Assembly (NCBI RefSeq): GCF_009914755.1
Contig: NC_060932.1
DNA from: the human T2T-CHM13v2.0 reference genome, Homo sapiens
DNA: 64,000 bases
Direction: 5' to 3' (one strand)
Position 1 is the first letter of the stretch, and each line of letters starts with the position of its first letter. The notes beneath the pieces were generated by a model, which saw only the letters and a list, made by a program, of their open reading frames with translations, had not been told where the DNA came from and made no database searches. Below are positions 13,652-33,890 of the stretch, one piece after another. Both the position numbers and the translations under genes were made by a program.

Positions 13652-13943
13652 TTTTTTTTTTTCTTTCTTTGACAGAGTCTCACTCTGTCGTCCAGGCTGG
13701 AGTGCAGTGGTGCAATCTTGGCTCACTGCAACCTCCGCCTCCCAGATTCAAGCGATTCTCTGCCTCAGCCTCCTGAGTAGCTGGGATTACAGACACCCAG
13801 CTAATTTTTTTTTTTTTTTTTTTAGTAGAGATGGGGTTTCACCATGTTGGCCAGGCTGGTCTCGAACTCCTGACCTCAGGCAATCTGCCCACCTCGGCCT
13901 CCCAAAGTGCTGGGATTACAGGCATGAGCAACCGCGCCCTGCC
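13652..13943 (-). mobile_element. AluS with expanded middle A-tract
   Basis: TSD aat(t/c)gctgtcattt; internal T run at about 13805-13823. Confidence 0.95.
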
Positions 13944-14599
13944 AATCGCTGTCATTTAACCCATCTGATATAGCATCACTGAGTCAGAGGAATTCTTTTT
14001 TAATAAAAGGAGTTTGGTGGAATGCTGTATTTGTAAGCTATACTTCTCAAGCCCTTAATTTTGATCTTTTGTGGTCTAGTTCCAAGTTAGCTATTTTTGG
14101 AAAACTTTGAAATGTCTTTTTATTTTAAGTCCAAGGAATAAAAAAATGTTGAGGGAGAAATGCCATTACTACAACCCAAACATATGAGAGAAGCTGTCTG
14201 AAAATTAAAGTCAAAGGGGCAAATCCCCAACTCAAAGCACAAAAAAAATCATCTTCTTCTACACCGAAGTCTAGAAAGGCCTGTCAGTGACAGAAGAAGC
14301 ACTGGTTTGGGGCTTCCTACTCCAGGAGACTTTCTGCACTGGTGCTATAGTATGTCAGTCCTCTAAGAATTCCATGATGATTTTAATGAATTTCTGAAAA
14401 CTCTGTTATTTGTCCCACCTATAAGGCATGTAGCCTATCTGATACTTGTCTTGACAATATTTTGGGACCTCTTAGGGCATTTTGAGGTATTTAACTGTCT
14501 CTTGGCTAGTTGGAGGAAGAAAGATGTGTGGACCTTAACCACCTTCTGGACAGGAGAGCTGCTTTCAGAGAGAGAAAATCTTTCCAAGAGAGTGCTTGT

Positions 14600-14890
14600 T
14601 TGTTTGCTTGTTTGTTTAGAGTTAGGGCCTCACTTCTGTCACCCAGGCTGGAGTGCAGTGGTCTGATCATAGCTCACTGCAGCCTTGAACTCCTGGGCTG
14701 AAGCAGTCCTCCTGCTTCAGCCTCCTGAGTAGCTAGGACTTCAGGCTAGCTACTCAGGCTATCAGGACCACCATGCCTAACTAATTTTTTAAAATTACTT
14801 TTTTAAAAAGATGGGATCTTGCTTTGTTTTCCAGGCTGGTCTTGAACCCCTGATTCAAGTAATCCTCCCACCTTGGCCACCCAAAGTGCC
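14600..14890 (-). mobile_element. AluJ
   Basis: atcatagctcactgcagccttgaactcctgggct is a J-type diagnostic. Confidence 0.9.
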
Positions 14891-15317
14891 AGGAGAGCTT
14901 TGACAGTTTCACATTGAAGTCTAAATTTGCTAAGACTCAGGCTCTTTCTTACATATAGTTTTAAGTAGATGAAACAACCAGAAACTTTTGACTTGTGATA
15001 CTCTACCAGGAAGGACATGGTGATAACAGAAATAGTGGAATAATTTGTGCTTGTAAACATTTAAGATTCACCTGTGGGTTTTGGTGACTGATGATTAAAC
15101 TGTTTTCCAACTTGCAAAAAAAAATGTTGAGTACAAAATTAATTTGCTTACTGTAGAAATTTTGCAAATTACCAAAAATGAAGGCAATAACATTTATCCA
15201 TAATCCTACCTCCAGTAATAATTATCATTAATATTCTGTTTCCTTCTAGTCTTTTTTTTTCTATCTAGAAAAGACATTTAAAAATCAGGTTGTATTAGTC
15301 TATATTCTTCAACTACC

Positions 15318-15614
<297 letters not shown>

Positions 15615-17342
15615 TACTACCCTTTTTTTTTTTTTTTTAACAAGGTCTTATCATGAAAATATCTTGATGTTATTAAATAGCCTGATTTTTAATGGCTGTG
15701 GCCTACGGTTATTTTGTAATTTATTTAGTCACATTGCAAGCTGTTATTGAACATGTAAGTTCTTTTACTTATTCCTTATACTTAATATACATATATTATA
15801 ACACATATTTTCAATTACTTATTTTCTTATGCGGTATAAAGCTATGCCTTTACAGGAAAAAAATAATCAAAATATAAATAAATTTTCAGATTTTAATCAG
15901 TTACTTCTTGATTTAGTCTTGAATTAGGTTTTATAAACCTAAGTGCTTTTTCTTACTGTACAGAAGTTTAAAATTAGGCAAATTTGTTAGTCATTTATGA
16001 CTTTTGTTTTACTATTATGGTTAAAAGACCTCTCGCAATTACAACACTATAAAAATATTCACCGTATCTTCTTCTAGCACATTTATGATTTTGCTTTGAC
16101 ACTAAATCTTGATCCAATTGGAGTTTATTTTGGCATAAGGAATGAGGTAGAATTCCAGATCTGATTTTTTCCCAAATCCTTAGCCCACTAATACTTATTG
16201 AGTCTCTATTTTTATCTATTAATGGGAAATTCTTTGGGTTAGGGTTGGAACCTTCACCATGTGGCAAATTGTAGGAACTGAAATGCCTTTAAGAAGCATG
16301 TTTTGAAGAAAAAATGGCAATGGTGTGAACTGCAATTTGGAACCAAATAGTTACATGAAAATGGTAGAGTCTGATAAAACTCAATATCAATCTTCTAGTT
16401 TATATTTCCCTTAAGGTGCTAGGGAGAGAAAAGTCTTTGCTGTTTCATTTTGCCCTAGACCTATCCAGAGGCGCGTGCCTGGGAGCTGCCCACACCTGTT
16501 GGTGGACGTCCTTGGCTGAAGATCACTGAATTTGACTGAAGGCTTCAGGCTGGGACACTGTGCTGGGGTAGGGGAGGTGGGAGGGAATGCCATAATTGCA
16601 TTGTCAGTTAATTTTTGTAATATCTACAAAAATGCTCCCCAAAATGGGGAGGGAAAAAAGTGACATCCAACTTCCTTGTAATTTTTAAAATCCACTTTAC
16701 TTTACAAATGTGACTCTTAATTGTCTTTATTAATTTTGTAAGCCAAAATTTCAGGTCATATGTTAATTAAGGCATTAATTATGCTGAGTTGTTTGCAAGT
16801 TTAATAATTACAACATAAAGTCTATTCATGTAATTAGTGTCTTGCTATTAATTTTGTTTTAATGTCATACAAATATTATTTTTTCAGGTGATTAGGGTAC
16901 TAGTATGCTGCCAAAAGCATCTACTTCTCCCTAAATTACACATTTGTATTCTGCAAGTTATTCAAAATGTATGAGTAAGCTGGAAATCCACTGAGAATAT
17001 TATTCTTATATTGTAGGATCTGGATCAAAGCAGTCACAATATAGTGAATTAAAAGTCAGTGAAATTTAATAAAATTACCAGCTGTTGAATCTATACACCA
17101 CTTGGCCACTGTTATAATATTTGGCTGTGCTCTTGAAAACAAGGCTGAGTTAGAAGACTTCTTTCTTCTTTTGCATTTTATTTTTAAAAAGATAATCTTT
17201 CATTTGATTAAAAGGAAAACAGGTATATAAAAAAGTCTTTCTCTTACCTCATATCACCCAAGTCACTTTCCCAGGGGAAACAATATTATCAATTCTTTGT
17301 ATACCCTTCTAGAGAGATCTTATGTCTAAATAAGCATATATA

Positions 17343-17652
17343 GACCAGGCACGGTGGCTCACACCTGTAATCCCAGCACTTTGGGAGGTCAAGGCGGGTG
17401 GATGGATCACTTGAGGTCAGGAGTTTGAGACCAGCCTGGCAAACATGGGAAACCCCATCTCTACTAAAAATATAAAAATTAGCTGGGCGTGGTGACGCAT
17501 GCCTGTAATCCCAGCTGCTCGGGAGGCTGAGGCACGAGAATCGCTTGAACCTGGGAGGCAGAGGTTGCAGTGAGCCGAGAGCCGAGATCATGCTGCTGTA
17601 CTGCAGCCTGGGTGACAGAGTGAGACTGTGTCTTGGAATAAATAAATAAATA
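17343..17652 (+). mobile_element. AluS
   Basis: TSD aaataagcatata; (AATA)n tail. Confidence 0.95.
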
Positions 17653-17659
17653 AGCATAT

Positions 17660-19720
<2,061 letters not shown>

Positions 19721-22489
19721 CTCGTGAGTGGTGTGTGTCCTCCCACCCTCGATGGTGGTGTGTTCTCGCTCCTAGCCTGTACTTTGTATTCCCTTAACAG
19801 TATATCTTAAAGATAATTCCAAGGAAAGATCAGTTCATGAAAGGTTTTCTCATTCTTTTCTTATTACCATGTAGTATTCCACGACATGGATGTCCCATGA
19901 CTTAAATAGTTTCCTATTGATAGATATTCAGGTAGTTTCCCATCAAGTCTGTCTTTTTTTCTTTAAAGGCTGTCTTTTTAAAACCAACTTTTTGCTTCTC
20001 GGAGAGGGAAACCCTGTAGTCCAGAAAGGTAGATAGAGGTGGGGAAAGGGAAACAATCTTGGTTCCTGATCCCTTTTCCATATTTGCATGTCCTGATCCC
20101 AAACTCCTGGAGCAAAGATCTCATGGACCCAGCCAGATCAGATGCCCATTCATGTCTAACTAGCTCTGATTCAGGGAATCACAACTTCCCACTACCACTT
20201 AGCAAGGAGGTGTGATCCAACTTTTACTGGACGGGAAAGGGACAGTGTTCTCTAAAAAAGGGGACAAAGTTGGGAAAGAAATTTTCAGTATCTCCAGTTC
20301 TTCATTCTTTTACAGAATTAACCATAAAGCAGCCTCAAAGACCTATCTCAGTCCCTCCTGTGTCAATTTGTAGATCTTTATCATAGAGTCTTCCTGTGCA
20401 TAAAGCACCTTTTTCCTCTTTCATCTGAAATTCAACCATACTTCATTAGTCAGCTGATAAAATGGAGTCCCCAGCTACCTCAAATGACAGCTGGGAAAGG
20501 TGACAAGAGGAAGGCTTTTACTGTGCCAATCCATCAGGTATTGAAGCTCTTGCCTTATTGACATTTTGTGAAGAGAAATGAGATCTTTTTTTTTCAAGGG
20601 ATGCCAAGCTCTTTGTGGCAAAGCACAGTGAAAATATCAGGTACTACTGTGGATGAAAAAATATCCAAGTCTAAAATTATCCTGCCCTTTGGTGCTGCTG
20701 TTTAAAAACCATTTATCTAGCATAAGATGAATTTGTGATCCAAGTCAAAAGTGACATATCACAGGGTGAAACTCATGGTATGGTCTCATCCAGGGCCTTC
20801 ATTATGGAATAAATCTGCCTTTAGTATTGCAGAGCATAATCATCCCAAAGGGGTTGAAGTCTAAGGCTCATTTAATCCAATTTTATCATTGCTAGATCAT
20901 GTCACTTAATCTGACCAGTGTTTGCATGAGATAAGCAAATATTTTACCTGCTTCTCCCACTGCCTAAAATTCTTAAGTCTCCCCTTATCATGCTGTCTGA
21001 AGGAGACTTATTTGAGTTAATCTTTTAAATTCAGATAGGCCTAGAAGAAGTCATCCATCATTCATACATTTGCCTGAACTTTAAACTGGTGTGTCTTGCC
21101 TTTCCACCTAATTTAGATATCGCTCCAAGAGCCAACAGGAATTTTGAGTTAGAAAGCTAGTGTAGGAGTTGAGGAGGAGGGAGAGTCACTAGTGGACAGT
21201 GGGACGATTGAACAATTGGGGAGATGGGAGACTGCTGAAATAAGAAACTCAAAGCTTTTTCTCTACATAACCTCAATACTCAGGTTCAAGACCCTTTAAA
21301 GTGACTTGAGAACTTGGGTTCACTGAAGAGTCTCTGCCGTCCTTCTTCTAGGGGTCTCCTCTGCGGAAGTCTCCCAGGGCGTGGGAGGCAGTTCATCTCC
21401 ATGTAGTGGCATTGTCCACCAAGCCATGTTGCCACCCTGTAGCTGATGCTGCTTTGCCATTTGCTGTGTGGGCATGTCCACAGTCACTGCTAGACATAAC
21501 CTTGGGTGCTAGACTCTGCTGCTGCAGCTCCCCTGCCACTCAGCTGCATCACCCTGCCAGGCACGGTAGGCACAGAAGGTGCTCCTTGCCAACCTCTCAG
21601 TCCCCAAGTCCCGACCGCTCCTTCAGGCCCAGAAGCCTCTTCTGCTGTTTACCTTGAGAGCCGAGGGAACACCAAAGCCTGCTGGGCTGTACCTCTGGCA
21701 GGATTGAGGCTGGGCATAGTGGATGGCTCCTTTCCTCCTCTTTGTGATATGCTCTGTTAGAGCCCCCTATGAGTTCAAAGCATGGTAGAAAAGCTCCTTC
21801 CAGTTTTCCTTGTAGCTCTGTTTTTCTCTAGGACCCAGACACATGCTCAGGGGGTGAGCCAGACACTAGCAGTAATGTCGCTCTGCTTAGACTCTAGATC
21901 TCATCCAACAGACCCCCCTCCTCTTGTGTCAAGGTCATCACACCTGGCTCTTTCCTAAGATGCATTCTTTTCCAGAAGATTCTACAGTTCCCTCCCCAGA
22001 CTAAGAGAGGTTTGTGTCAGGCTGTACCACTGGTTCTTTAGACGTACCCAGCTGGGGCTGTCACAGCCGTGGCTTGTATTCCTTTCTGGAAGCCTCTTCA
22101 GCTCTCTGGGACTTCTGGGAGGCCACTGCTACCAGCTTTCCAAACACATCCTGATGTGCCCTAACCCCGTGCAGTGAACAATGGGCGACAATGACTCAAA
22201 GAGCAGCCCTACCGTATTCCTGCAGCAAGTCCACCTGATTCTGTGTTGAACTGGGTAAATAAAGTGTATTATTTTACTGTTTGTTGCTCAGCAAGAACTG
22301 TGGGTGTGTGATTAGGTTTCCTCTTTTCTTGTTGGCACATAAAGGACCTTCACTCCAAAGTCATTAGATTGTTGATCCATACTGCTACCTAATGATAGCA
22401 GAAGCCAAGAAGGCTGATCAGAGCACGTAGCAACCACCAGTATGTCTAGAGTCTCTGACACTATCAATGGCTTTATACCAGCAAGTCTG

Positions 22490-22700
22490 GTTCATTATTC
22501 AACGAATATGTATTGAGCACCGCCTCTGTGTTGGCCACTGTCCTAGGTAAAATAGCAGTGAACAAAACAGACCTGCTTCCTTAAACCTGTTTTAAATAGG
22601 GCCAGGGGAAGGGGGAGGCTTAATAATGAACACATAAGTAAGACACACAACATATCAGATGTTGCTAAATGCTAGGAAGAAAAGCAGAAGAGGGTAGGGA
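22490..22700 (-). mobile_element. L2 3' fragment
   Basis: ttcattattcaacgaatatgtattgagcacc...gtgaacaaaacagac. Confidence 0.7.
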
Positions 22701-22820
22701 GTGTTAGGTAGGAGTATGCTGGAAGTTTTACATTCTCTTTGAGATGTTCACATAAACACTAAAATCACTCCATTGAAGTGTATTCTAAATATAATGTAGC
22801 AGTTAAGAGCACAGGGTATT

Positions 22821-22983
22821 TCTGAGTGTGGTGGTGCTTGCCTATAGTCCTAGCTACTCAGGAGGCTAAGGTGGGAGGGTCTCTTGAGCCCAGGAGTTTG
22901 AGGCTGTAGTATGCTATGACTGAGCCTGTGAATAGCCACCGCACTCCAGCCTGGGCAACACAGAAAGATCCCATATCTAAAAA
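22821..22983 (+). mobile_element. FAM (fossil Alu monomer) inserted in a MIR (about 22790-23150)
   Basis: Single monomer retaining the 7SL segment gcctgtgaatagccac(c)gcactccagcctgggcaacac; TSD-like gag(cacag/tgcaa)ggtatt. Confidence 0.8.
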
Positions 22984-23275
22984 TGAGTGCAAGGTATTCG
23001 GAAAGACCTGAATTCAACTCACTTTTCTCAGCCTCATTCTCTTCATAAGTAAAGTGCAGATAATGATCCAATCTCAGAGGGTTGTGGAGGATTACATGAG
23101 ATGATGCATGCAAAATGCTTAGCCAGGGTTTGGCACATGGGTACTGGGTGCTACAAAGGATATACAAGGGCCTGAGAACCAACCATACATAATGGCAGTT
23201 TCCAAACTCAGCTAGGGCACGGGTGCAGGGTGACGTGCCAAGAAGTGTTGAGTATGTGAATGAGAAAGAATGGAT

Positions 23276-23328
23276 AGAGAGAGAGAGAGAGAGAGAGTGT
23301 GTGTGTGTGTGTGTGTGTGTGCGCGTGT
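23276..23328. repeat. (GA)n(GT)n compound microsatellite
   Basis: Direct reading. Confidence 0.95.
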
Positions 23329-24365
23329 ATAAGGGGTACTTAGATTATGTGACATTTAGATTCCATTGAATACATTTAAAAGAATGTTACAACTGTTTTA
23401 TTTTAACATGCTGATGTTTATAATATGCTGAAAATTACATTCTTTGCATCTGTTTAATCTTATAAAAATTTTTAGATGCCAAGTTAAAAATGTTGAAGGG
23501 ACACAGTTTCTCAATATTATTTTAAGAGGTGTCTAAGCAAAAAGAATTGAACTGGGGGTGGGGAGGACAGAAGAAACCCAAACATCCCACCGAGAGTGAT
23601 GACAAGGAGGCATTCAGGTGGCTTCGGGGAGTGGCAGCCTGTGGGGGCGCAGCCGAGCCCCTTCCTGAGGGCTTTCCTTTGCTTCCTGGCCCACTGCGCT
23701 GTTCCAGCAGAGCACTGCAGCCTCACAGACAGTAGTTCCCTTGCTGCTTTTCTGCCTCTCCCATTCCATCAGTTCCTTGAGGGCAGACACTGTGCCTGGT
23801 CTCTCACTGTACTTTCAGCCCTAGCACCATGCTAGTATTTGCTGAATGCAAAAAAGAATTAGAAAATAGAAAATGTCTGGAAAATGTCTGTTTTCTCCTC
23901 GATTATAGTCTCAGCTTCTTCAGGACCATTTCTCAAATAATTAGTTTGGTCACTTTGCTGAACAGGGAGTTATTCACTGACCCAATAAACAGAGGAGGGG
24001 CAGATCAGAAAGGAAAGATACTAGCTTCCATCTGGGATCCAGAGCATTTTGTATGATTCTGGGACCTTCAAGTGAAAAGTAGTTAGGGGATAAGAAAAGG
24101 AAAACTAAAAAAACAGCCAGATATGCAATTTAGAGAATGTGTCTTCAGAGTTTAAAATCTCATTTGTAACATAAACATTGGTTTTTATTTACACCAATAC
24201 ATACATTTTTGAAGTGAGCTGGAAACAAGATTAAGATGCCCCAAAGTGAGGCTGACTGGTTTCTCTAGCATGTTGGGTGCAAGAGCCTAACAAAATGCTG
24301 GGTAAGAAATCATGCAAAGATCTAGCTCTTCCTTGGCTTTTTAGAGAGCCACAAAATTGGAGTGA

Positions 24366-24717
<352 letters not shown>

Positions 24718-27700
24718 TCAAAGTGAACTAGTTTTGCACATTAGCACTTGGGTCTCTGTGTCTCATGAATAAGCTTAATTCCTCCTTGTTGACAAGGTAC
24801 CAAGTATTCTGATTCACATGACAGCAGAAGACTCAGTTGACTGTTCTTTTTCATTTGACTTCACATGGAATTTTCTAGAAATTATCTTCCGGTTCTGCAG
24901 AAATGAGTTGCCTCAGAGTAGACCAAAGTGAGGCAAATTCTGTTTTCAAAAGAAGCAGAAAAGAGTGCCATTTCCATAATAATCTGTGGCAACCCCAATC
25001 TGTGGTGCTTTTACCCATCTTTATTAGCAATTACAGGTGAAAACAGAGACTGCTTATGAATAAAGTGTAAATGTCAGGGGAATGCATAGTTAATAGAAGA
25101 ATTGTAAATATTTACAAGGCAGAGTGATGATTCAAGCTCACAAGATTAATTGACATTAATCTCTATCAAGCACTAATTTGCTTCCTGAGTTCTAAAACCT
25201 TCCACTGAAAAGAAGAGTATGTGAGGCCATACTCACAGCCCACTTGGAAGAGTTGTCTTCCGGTGGGCTGCATAACCTCCCTTGTCCCTCGTCAAGTCTT
25301 TCACTTGATCGAACCTCTTAGTTCTTCATGCAGTGCCAATCTCAGTCATTCCTAGGTGCCAGAATCATTACGATCCGTAACTTTTTCACTCACTCATTCA
25401 CTCAATATCTATTTAGTATTGGATAATTATTTATATTATACTATGAGAGATGAATATACATATAATATTCATTGTATTCATTAATATGAACCCTATGCTC
25501 AAGTTCATCTATCCCACTCACTGTACTCTCCCTTGTTTTGCTTGTCTTTGAGACATATCTTTTCAACCTTATTAAATTTTACTCTATGTAGTAAACTCTT
25601 TAAATTTACTGGCTCTGGTTTGCATGGTTGTGCAATCTTCTCCAGCAATGCTGGCCAGCAGAGAAACAGGAGTGGAATTAGTGGGTAGCTAATGTCATCT
25701 TCTTGGGGGTGAAACAGGAAATCAGAATGATTAAGAAATTGAGTAAGATGGTTTGAGTAGCATTCAAGTGCATGAACACAAGATTCAGCCTGTATAGTTA
25801 AGGAAATTGTCAGTGAGACTGCCAGTCTAGAAAAATAGGTCCTATTAGGTTTAAAAAGTGAGTTTGGGGAAAAATGGGTTTAGGAAGAATAAGAAAGTGA
25901 GAGCTTGACGTAAAGATCAGAGGATAATGCTGTTTGTTTTTGCACTGAGAAAACTGAAAGACTAGAGACACTGGGAGCCTGAAAAGAGCTATTGGCAGGG
26001 ACTGCTTCTGAAAACTACCAGGACCTGCTTGGAGCTTTGTCACTGGAACTTAAGCCAGAAGCCGGCAGGAGGAAGGCCTAGAGAGAGCAAGTGCTTGCTG
26101 AGAGCTTTGACTAGAACCAGGGGTGCGAGCTGCTATTGAAAGTAGGAGACAAGATATCAGGCGGAGGAAGTCTATACAGCCATTTCTCCTACACCGCAGT
26201 CTTATCCTCCCTTGACCTTCTAGTTCAGTAGAGATTGCTGGCCTGAAGAAAAACCACAAATGTAAATTTTCCCCCAGGAAACATAATAAAGTTAGATGCC
26301 CAGAAACTTTTATTGGGAGCTTGGGCCAGATACAGATATTTTGAGCTGTATGCAGCCTACAGATTCTGAGTGAGCTGTGGGCTGGTAGGTTGTTGGAAAA
26401 GGATTATATTATACAGTACACAGAAATCTTAGTGGCGTGCTAAAAGCTGTCAGTGACCCACTGGTGTCAGAAGTTCAGGTCCTCATCCCCTAAAGTAGTG
26501 CCTTATGATTGGTGTTGGACATGTATTTTATCTACTGTGTTTGCACAAATATCCCAGTTCCTTCTACCTTATTAGAGAGGGTAATGAACTGGCTCTTAAT
26601 CAGCCATAGGAAAAAACTGTAGTGACCAGAAAGCTACCTTAAAAAAAGATTAAGTATTGTTGTACTTTTAATCCTTACATTTAAAAAATCAAGTATAATT
26701 CCTCATAAAGTCAAGTTAATACACATTCTAGTAAAAATGTGGGGAAATACTTTTCAAGCGATGATTGAGACACAGTGGTTTCACCAACTCCACTACCACT
26801 AGAGGTCAGCACTTGACTCTCCATATGGTTCTGTACGAGGGAAAAGACCAATTCTCTGAAACAGATCATCATCTACGGTTCGTGTTGTTATCTCATGCCA
26901 TCTGTCTTGAATCACAAAGGTGACTGCATCCCAGAAAATGAGAGAACACTCAAACAATGGTTGGGGTGAGTTGCTCAGATATTCCATCTGCAAATGTGAG
27001 AAAATCATAGGATTGTGTAATGTGGCCTTCAGTGTGTCCTCAGTGGGGCCTTGCTGGTCAAAGTACTTGAATCATGTACTATGGTAGCAGGTGTTTTAGA
27101 AATAATTACACAGCAGGGGTAGCACTGGCATCACAATCTGCAATTTGAAACCAAATGGTGCCCCGAGCTTTCTATTCTGTCCCTTATGAAGGACAGAGAC
27201 TAATCCTGGCCCAGTGGCTCCTGAGTCCCTAAGCCCTGCTAGCATTCTCAGCCACATACTGTACTCAAGCTTCTTGTGGGAGGGCAGTTGTACTAGGTGC
27301 AAGTGCATGAAGTGGTTGTAGGGGGCTGTAGGGTTGAAGGATTTAGGGGCTGATCAAGAGAAAAGATATGACCACAAGAGGCAATAACACATCATAAGCT
27401 TTGTTGGTGCTTGGGTGCTTCGATATGGCTGTGTGAGAGGGGCCCTCATAGCATAAGACTGCCCAGGGGCTTTCAGTGAAGGGGCACCATCTGGGAGAGG
27501 AGGGTGAGGGAACTTCTAAGGAAGAGGGGGTCAAAAGAGGGGCTTACGGGTCTAGTTATGTCATCCAGCAGCATGGCAGGTCTTTTGAGTCAGAGAGCTC
27601 CAAAGAACTATAAAAGCTTGAGGTCTTATAACCACAAAGCTCCATCTTATCAAAAGCCAGCAGAAGTGGAGTGAGGTTTTGCAGGGTAGGTAAAGCAGAC

Positions 27701-27759
27701 TGGCTCTACGTGGCTGGAAATCTGATGGTCAGGCTATTTTTTAGATAATTGGATGTGTT

Positions 27760-28580
27760 AAATAGACATTTCTCAAAAGAACATATACAAATGGCCAACA
27801 AACATATTTAAAAATGCTCAACATCACTAATCATCAGGGAAATGCAAACTAAAACCACAATGAGGTATCGCCTTACTCCTGCAAGAATGACCATTATTAA
27901 AAAGTCAAAAAACAATAGATGTTGGCACAGGTGTGGTGAAAAAGGAATGCTTATACATTACTGGTGGGAATGTAAATTAGTACAACCACTATGGAAGACA
28001 GCATTGAGATTCCTTAAAGATCTAAAAATAGACCTACCATTTGATCCAGCAATCTCACTACTGAATATCTACACAAAGGGAAAGAACACAGTATATCAAA
28101 AAGACATGTTCATACATGTACTTATTGCAGCACAATTCATGATTGCAAAGATACAGAAGCAACCTAAGTGCCCATCGACCAATGAGTGGCTAAAGAAAAT
28201 GTGATATATATACATCATGGAATACTACTCAGCTATAAAAAAGAGAAAAATAATGTCTTTTGCAGCAACTTGGATGGAGCTGGAGGCCATTATTCTAAAT
28301 AGATAACTCAGGAATTGAAACCAAAACACTGTATGCTGTCACTTATAAGCTAAGCTATGGGTACACAAAGGCATACAGGGTGACATAAGGGACTTCGGAG
28401 ACTCAGAAGGGGGAGGGTAGAAGGGGGTGAAGGATAAAAAACTACAATGTATACTACTCAGGTGTTGGATGCACTAAAATCTCAGACTTCACCACTATAC
28501 AATTCATCCATGTAACCAAAAACCACCTGTACTCCAAAAGCTATTGAAGTTTTAAAAATATTTAAGAATAAATACATAAA
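27760..28580 (+). mobile_element. 5'-truncated L1PB-type element (ORF2 C-terminus plus 3'UTR)
   Basis: ORF 27842..28204 is the L1 ORF2 C-terminal region ([14 protein letters not shown]); L1PB-like 3' end. Confidence 0.9.
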
Positions 28581-29122
28581 CAGATGTATAAAAACCTGAC
28601 TTTGGTGCTGGCAGGCTTTTGAGCTACTGGGTTTCAGCCTGCAGTGAAGAAATTTTTAAAAAGCTAGGGGCCAATACACAAAGGCTGTCTTTGGCTCATA
28701 TGTGTAACAGCATGTAAGGCCTTTGGTGGGATTAACATATAGTTGAAAGAAGACAACGAAGACATAAGTGATCATCAGGAGTTTCCTGGTTCTCACTGAC
28801 TAGGTAATTTGTACCAATTGTTCCTCCTGCTGACAGCAACTAGAAAAACTGAAAGAACACACCCCCCACCCTCCCCCACTTCCCACCGCCCCCCACCCCC
28901 ACATATTTTAAAAGCATTTGCGAGTAAAGAATTACTGCTAACTGGGCCCTGATCTTGGAGAACAGAAGCTGAAAGGCTAAGCAGGACTTTAAAAAACAGC
29001 CCTACAGACAAAAGAGGAGAAAACTTGGACACTAGCCCAACAAGGATGAAGGTCCTGCAATTTTATTGAGATTCTGAAGTGCTGTAATCCAGGAGAAAGG
29101 GTAAATTAGAAGGAAATCTTCT

Positions 29123-29650
29123 GTGGTTGACAATTACTTTGGTGGTCATCAACAACCATGCCTGCTGGTTTTCATGTCCTTGTGTTGTAAGTCATGAATC
29201 TGGGATGGCTCTCTGACCCAATTTAACCCATAGAATATGGCAGAAGTGATGCTGTGCCTAAATATTAAAAAGGTCTACTAGTTTCTGCTTTTGTTTTAAG
29301 CTAGCCATCATTCCAGAAATTTAACTACCCCAAGACCATCTTGTTGTGAGAAGCCTCATCTAGCCATGAGGAAAAGCCACATGGAGAACAGAGTTCCCCA
29401 GACAGCAGCCCTAGCTGAGCTCCCAACCACAGCCAGCACCAACTTATTGGGATATATGTGAAGCCATCTTGGGAGCATATCTATCAGCTCCAATGAAGTT
29501 TCCTCAACCAATGCCAAGCAGAGCTCAAAATTGTCCCCACCAAGTTCTGCTCAATGACAACATTTGAGCAATTAAATAAAATGCTTGTTCTTTTAAGTTC
29601 CTAAACTTTAAACTTTATGTAGCTTGTTACAGAGAAATAAATAATAGGAA
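29123..29650 (+). mobile_element. MLT1 (MaLR) solo LTR
   Basis: tgtgg start; agaatatggcagaagtgatgctgtg; ttgttacag...aataggaaca end. Confidence 0.7.
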
Positions 29651-31172
29651 CACCAGTCTTGTATGGACTGCAACTGAACTTCGAGTCATCTGGGTAGCCA
29701 AGGAAACCTTGATCTTTAATATTGGATTAAGATGATCTTAGTTTTGCAAAGACCACAGAAATCTGAAAATAGGAAATAAAAACACTTTCTGGTTTAAGAT
29801 AATATCTTCTTAGTCCTCAAATTATTTCTTAAATATGTTTTAATGCAATGTTTGACACAGAGATAAGCATACAAATCAAGACAATATGAACAAGATTTAG
29901 CAGAAATAATAGGAACAGAGCCATGAGAATTTTAGACATTTGAATGATCAGATACAGATCTTAAAATAACTATCTATGACCAAGAAGATAAAATATGAGA
30001 CTGAGAATTTTTTTTTAAAATCCTGAAAATTATGGAAAGGGATATTTCAGATTTGCAAAAGAAACAGAAACTCTACAACAGAAAATACAATCACCAAAGG
30101 AAAAAACCTTTACCAGGTTAGAGAGTTGACTAGAAGATAGCTTAGAAGAAAATACCAAAGAAGAATTACAAAAAGATGGAAAATGAAAAAAGATTTAAAA
30201 ATAGAAGATTTATTAACAAGATAAAAACGAAGTTTCATTAACAAGAAAGAATTACAAAAGGATGAAAAATGGAAAAAGATAAAAAACATAGAAGATTTAT
30301 TAAGTTAGATATAAGCAAGTGGAGTCTAAAAAGGAGAGTAGAAAGAGAATGAGGAAAAGCCATTTGAAAAAACAACATGTCGATTTTCCAGGTTCATGAA
30401 AGATATTAAACCACATATACTCAATAAAAGCAAGTAAAATAAAGACAAAGAACTCTATACCCAGGCACATCACAGGAAAACTTCCAGAATCTAAACATGT
30501 GTAAAGCCTTTATAGCAACCAGAGGAAAAAATACATATTACTTTTAAAGCACAACAATTAGACTTACAGCTGATTTTCCAACCAAGGTAACAGAAGCCAG
30601 AAGACAGAGGACAAAAGTCTTCAATATGGTGAAAGAAGGTAACTGATAACCTACAATTCTACATCCAGGGAAATTTTCAAAATTTAGTTGAAATAAAGAC
30701 ATATTTTTTTTTAGAGAAAACTGTGAATTAATCCCCAGTGGATTTGAGAAGAATGATAAAAGAATATATAATTTCTAAACCAACAGGGAAAAAAAGTAGA
30801 GTAATGAGAAATTAATCCAACAAGAAGGCAAGAAAGGAAAGGGAAAAGAAATATGAGTATATTTTAGAAGGGACAAGTAGAATACGGTGACTAAACCTGA
30901 AAAATATCAGAAATTACATTAAAAATAAATATAGACCAAATGCTTCAATTAAAAGAAAAAAGTCACTTTGAATAAAAAACTGACATCATATGGTTTTTAC
31001 AAAAGACATATCTAATATTTAAGAATACAGAAAATTTGAAAATAAAAGGAGGGGCAAAGATGCTATGCAGATGCTTACCAAAAGAAAGCTGTATAGCTTT
31101 ATTAAAATTAAAATGAAGACAGAAAGCATTACTACAGATAAGGAGCGATACTTCATAATGATAAAAATTTGA

Positions 31173-33890
<2,718 letters not shown>

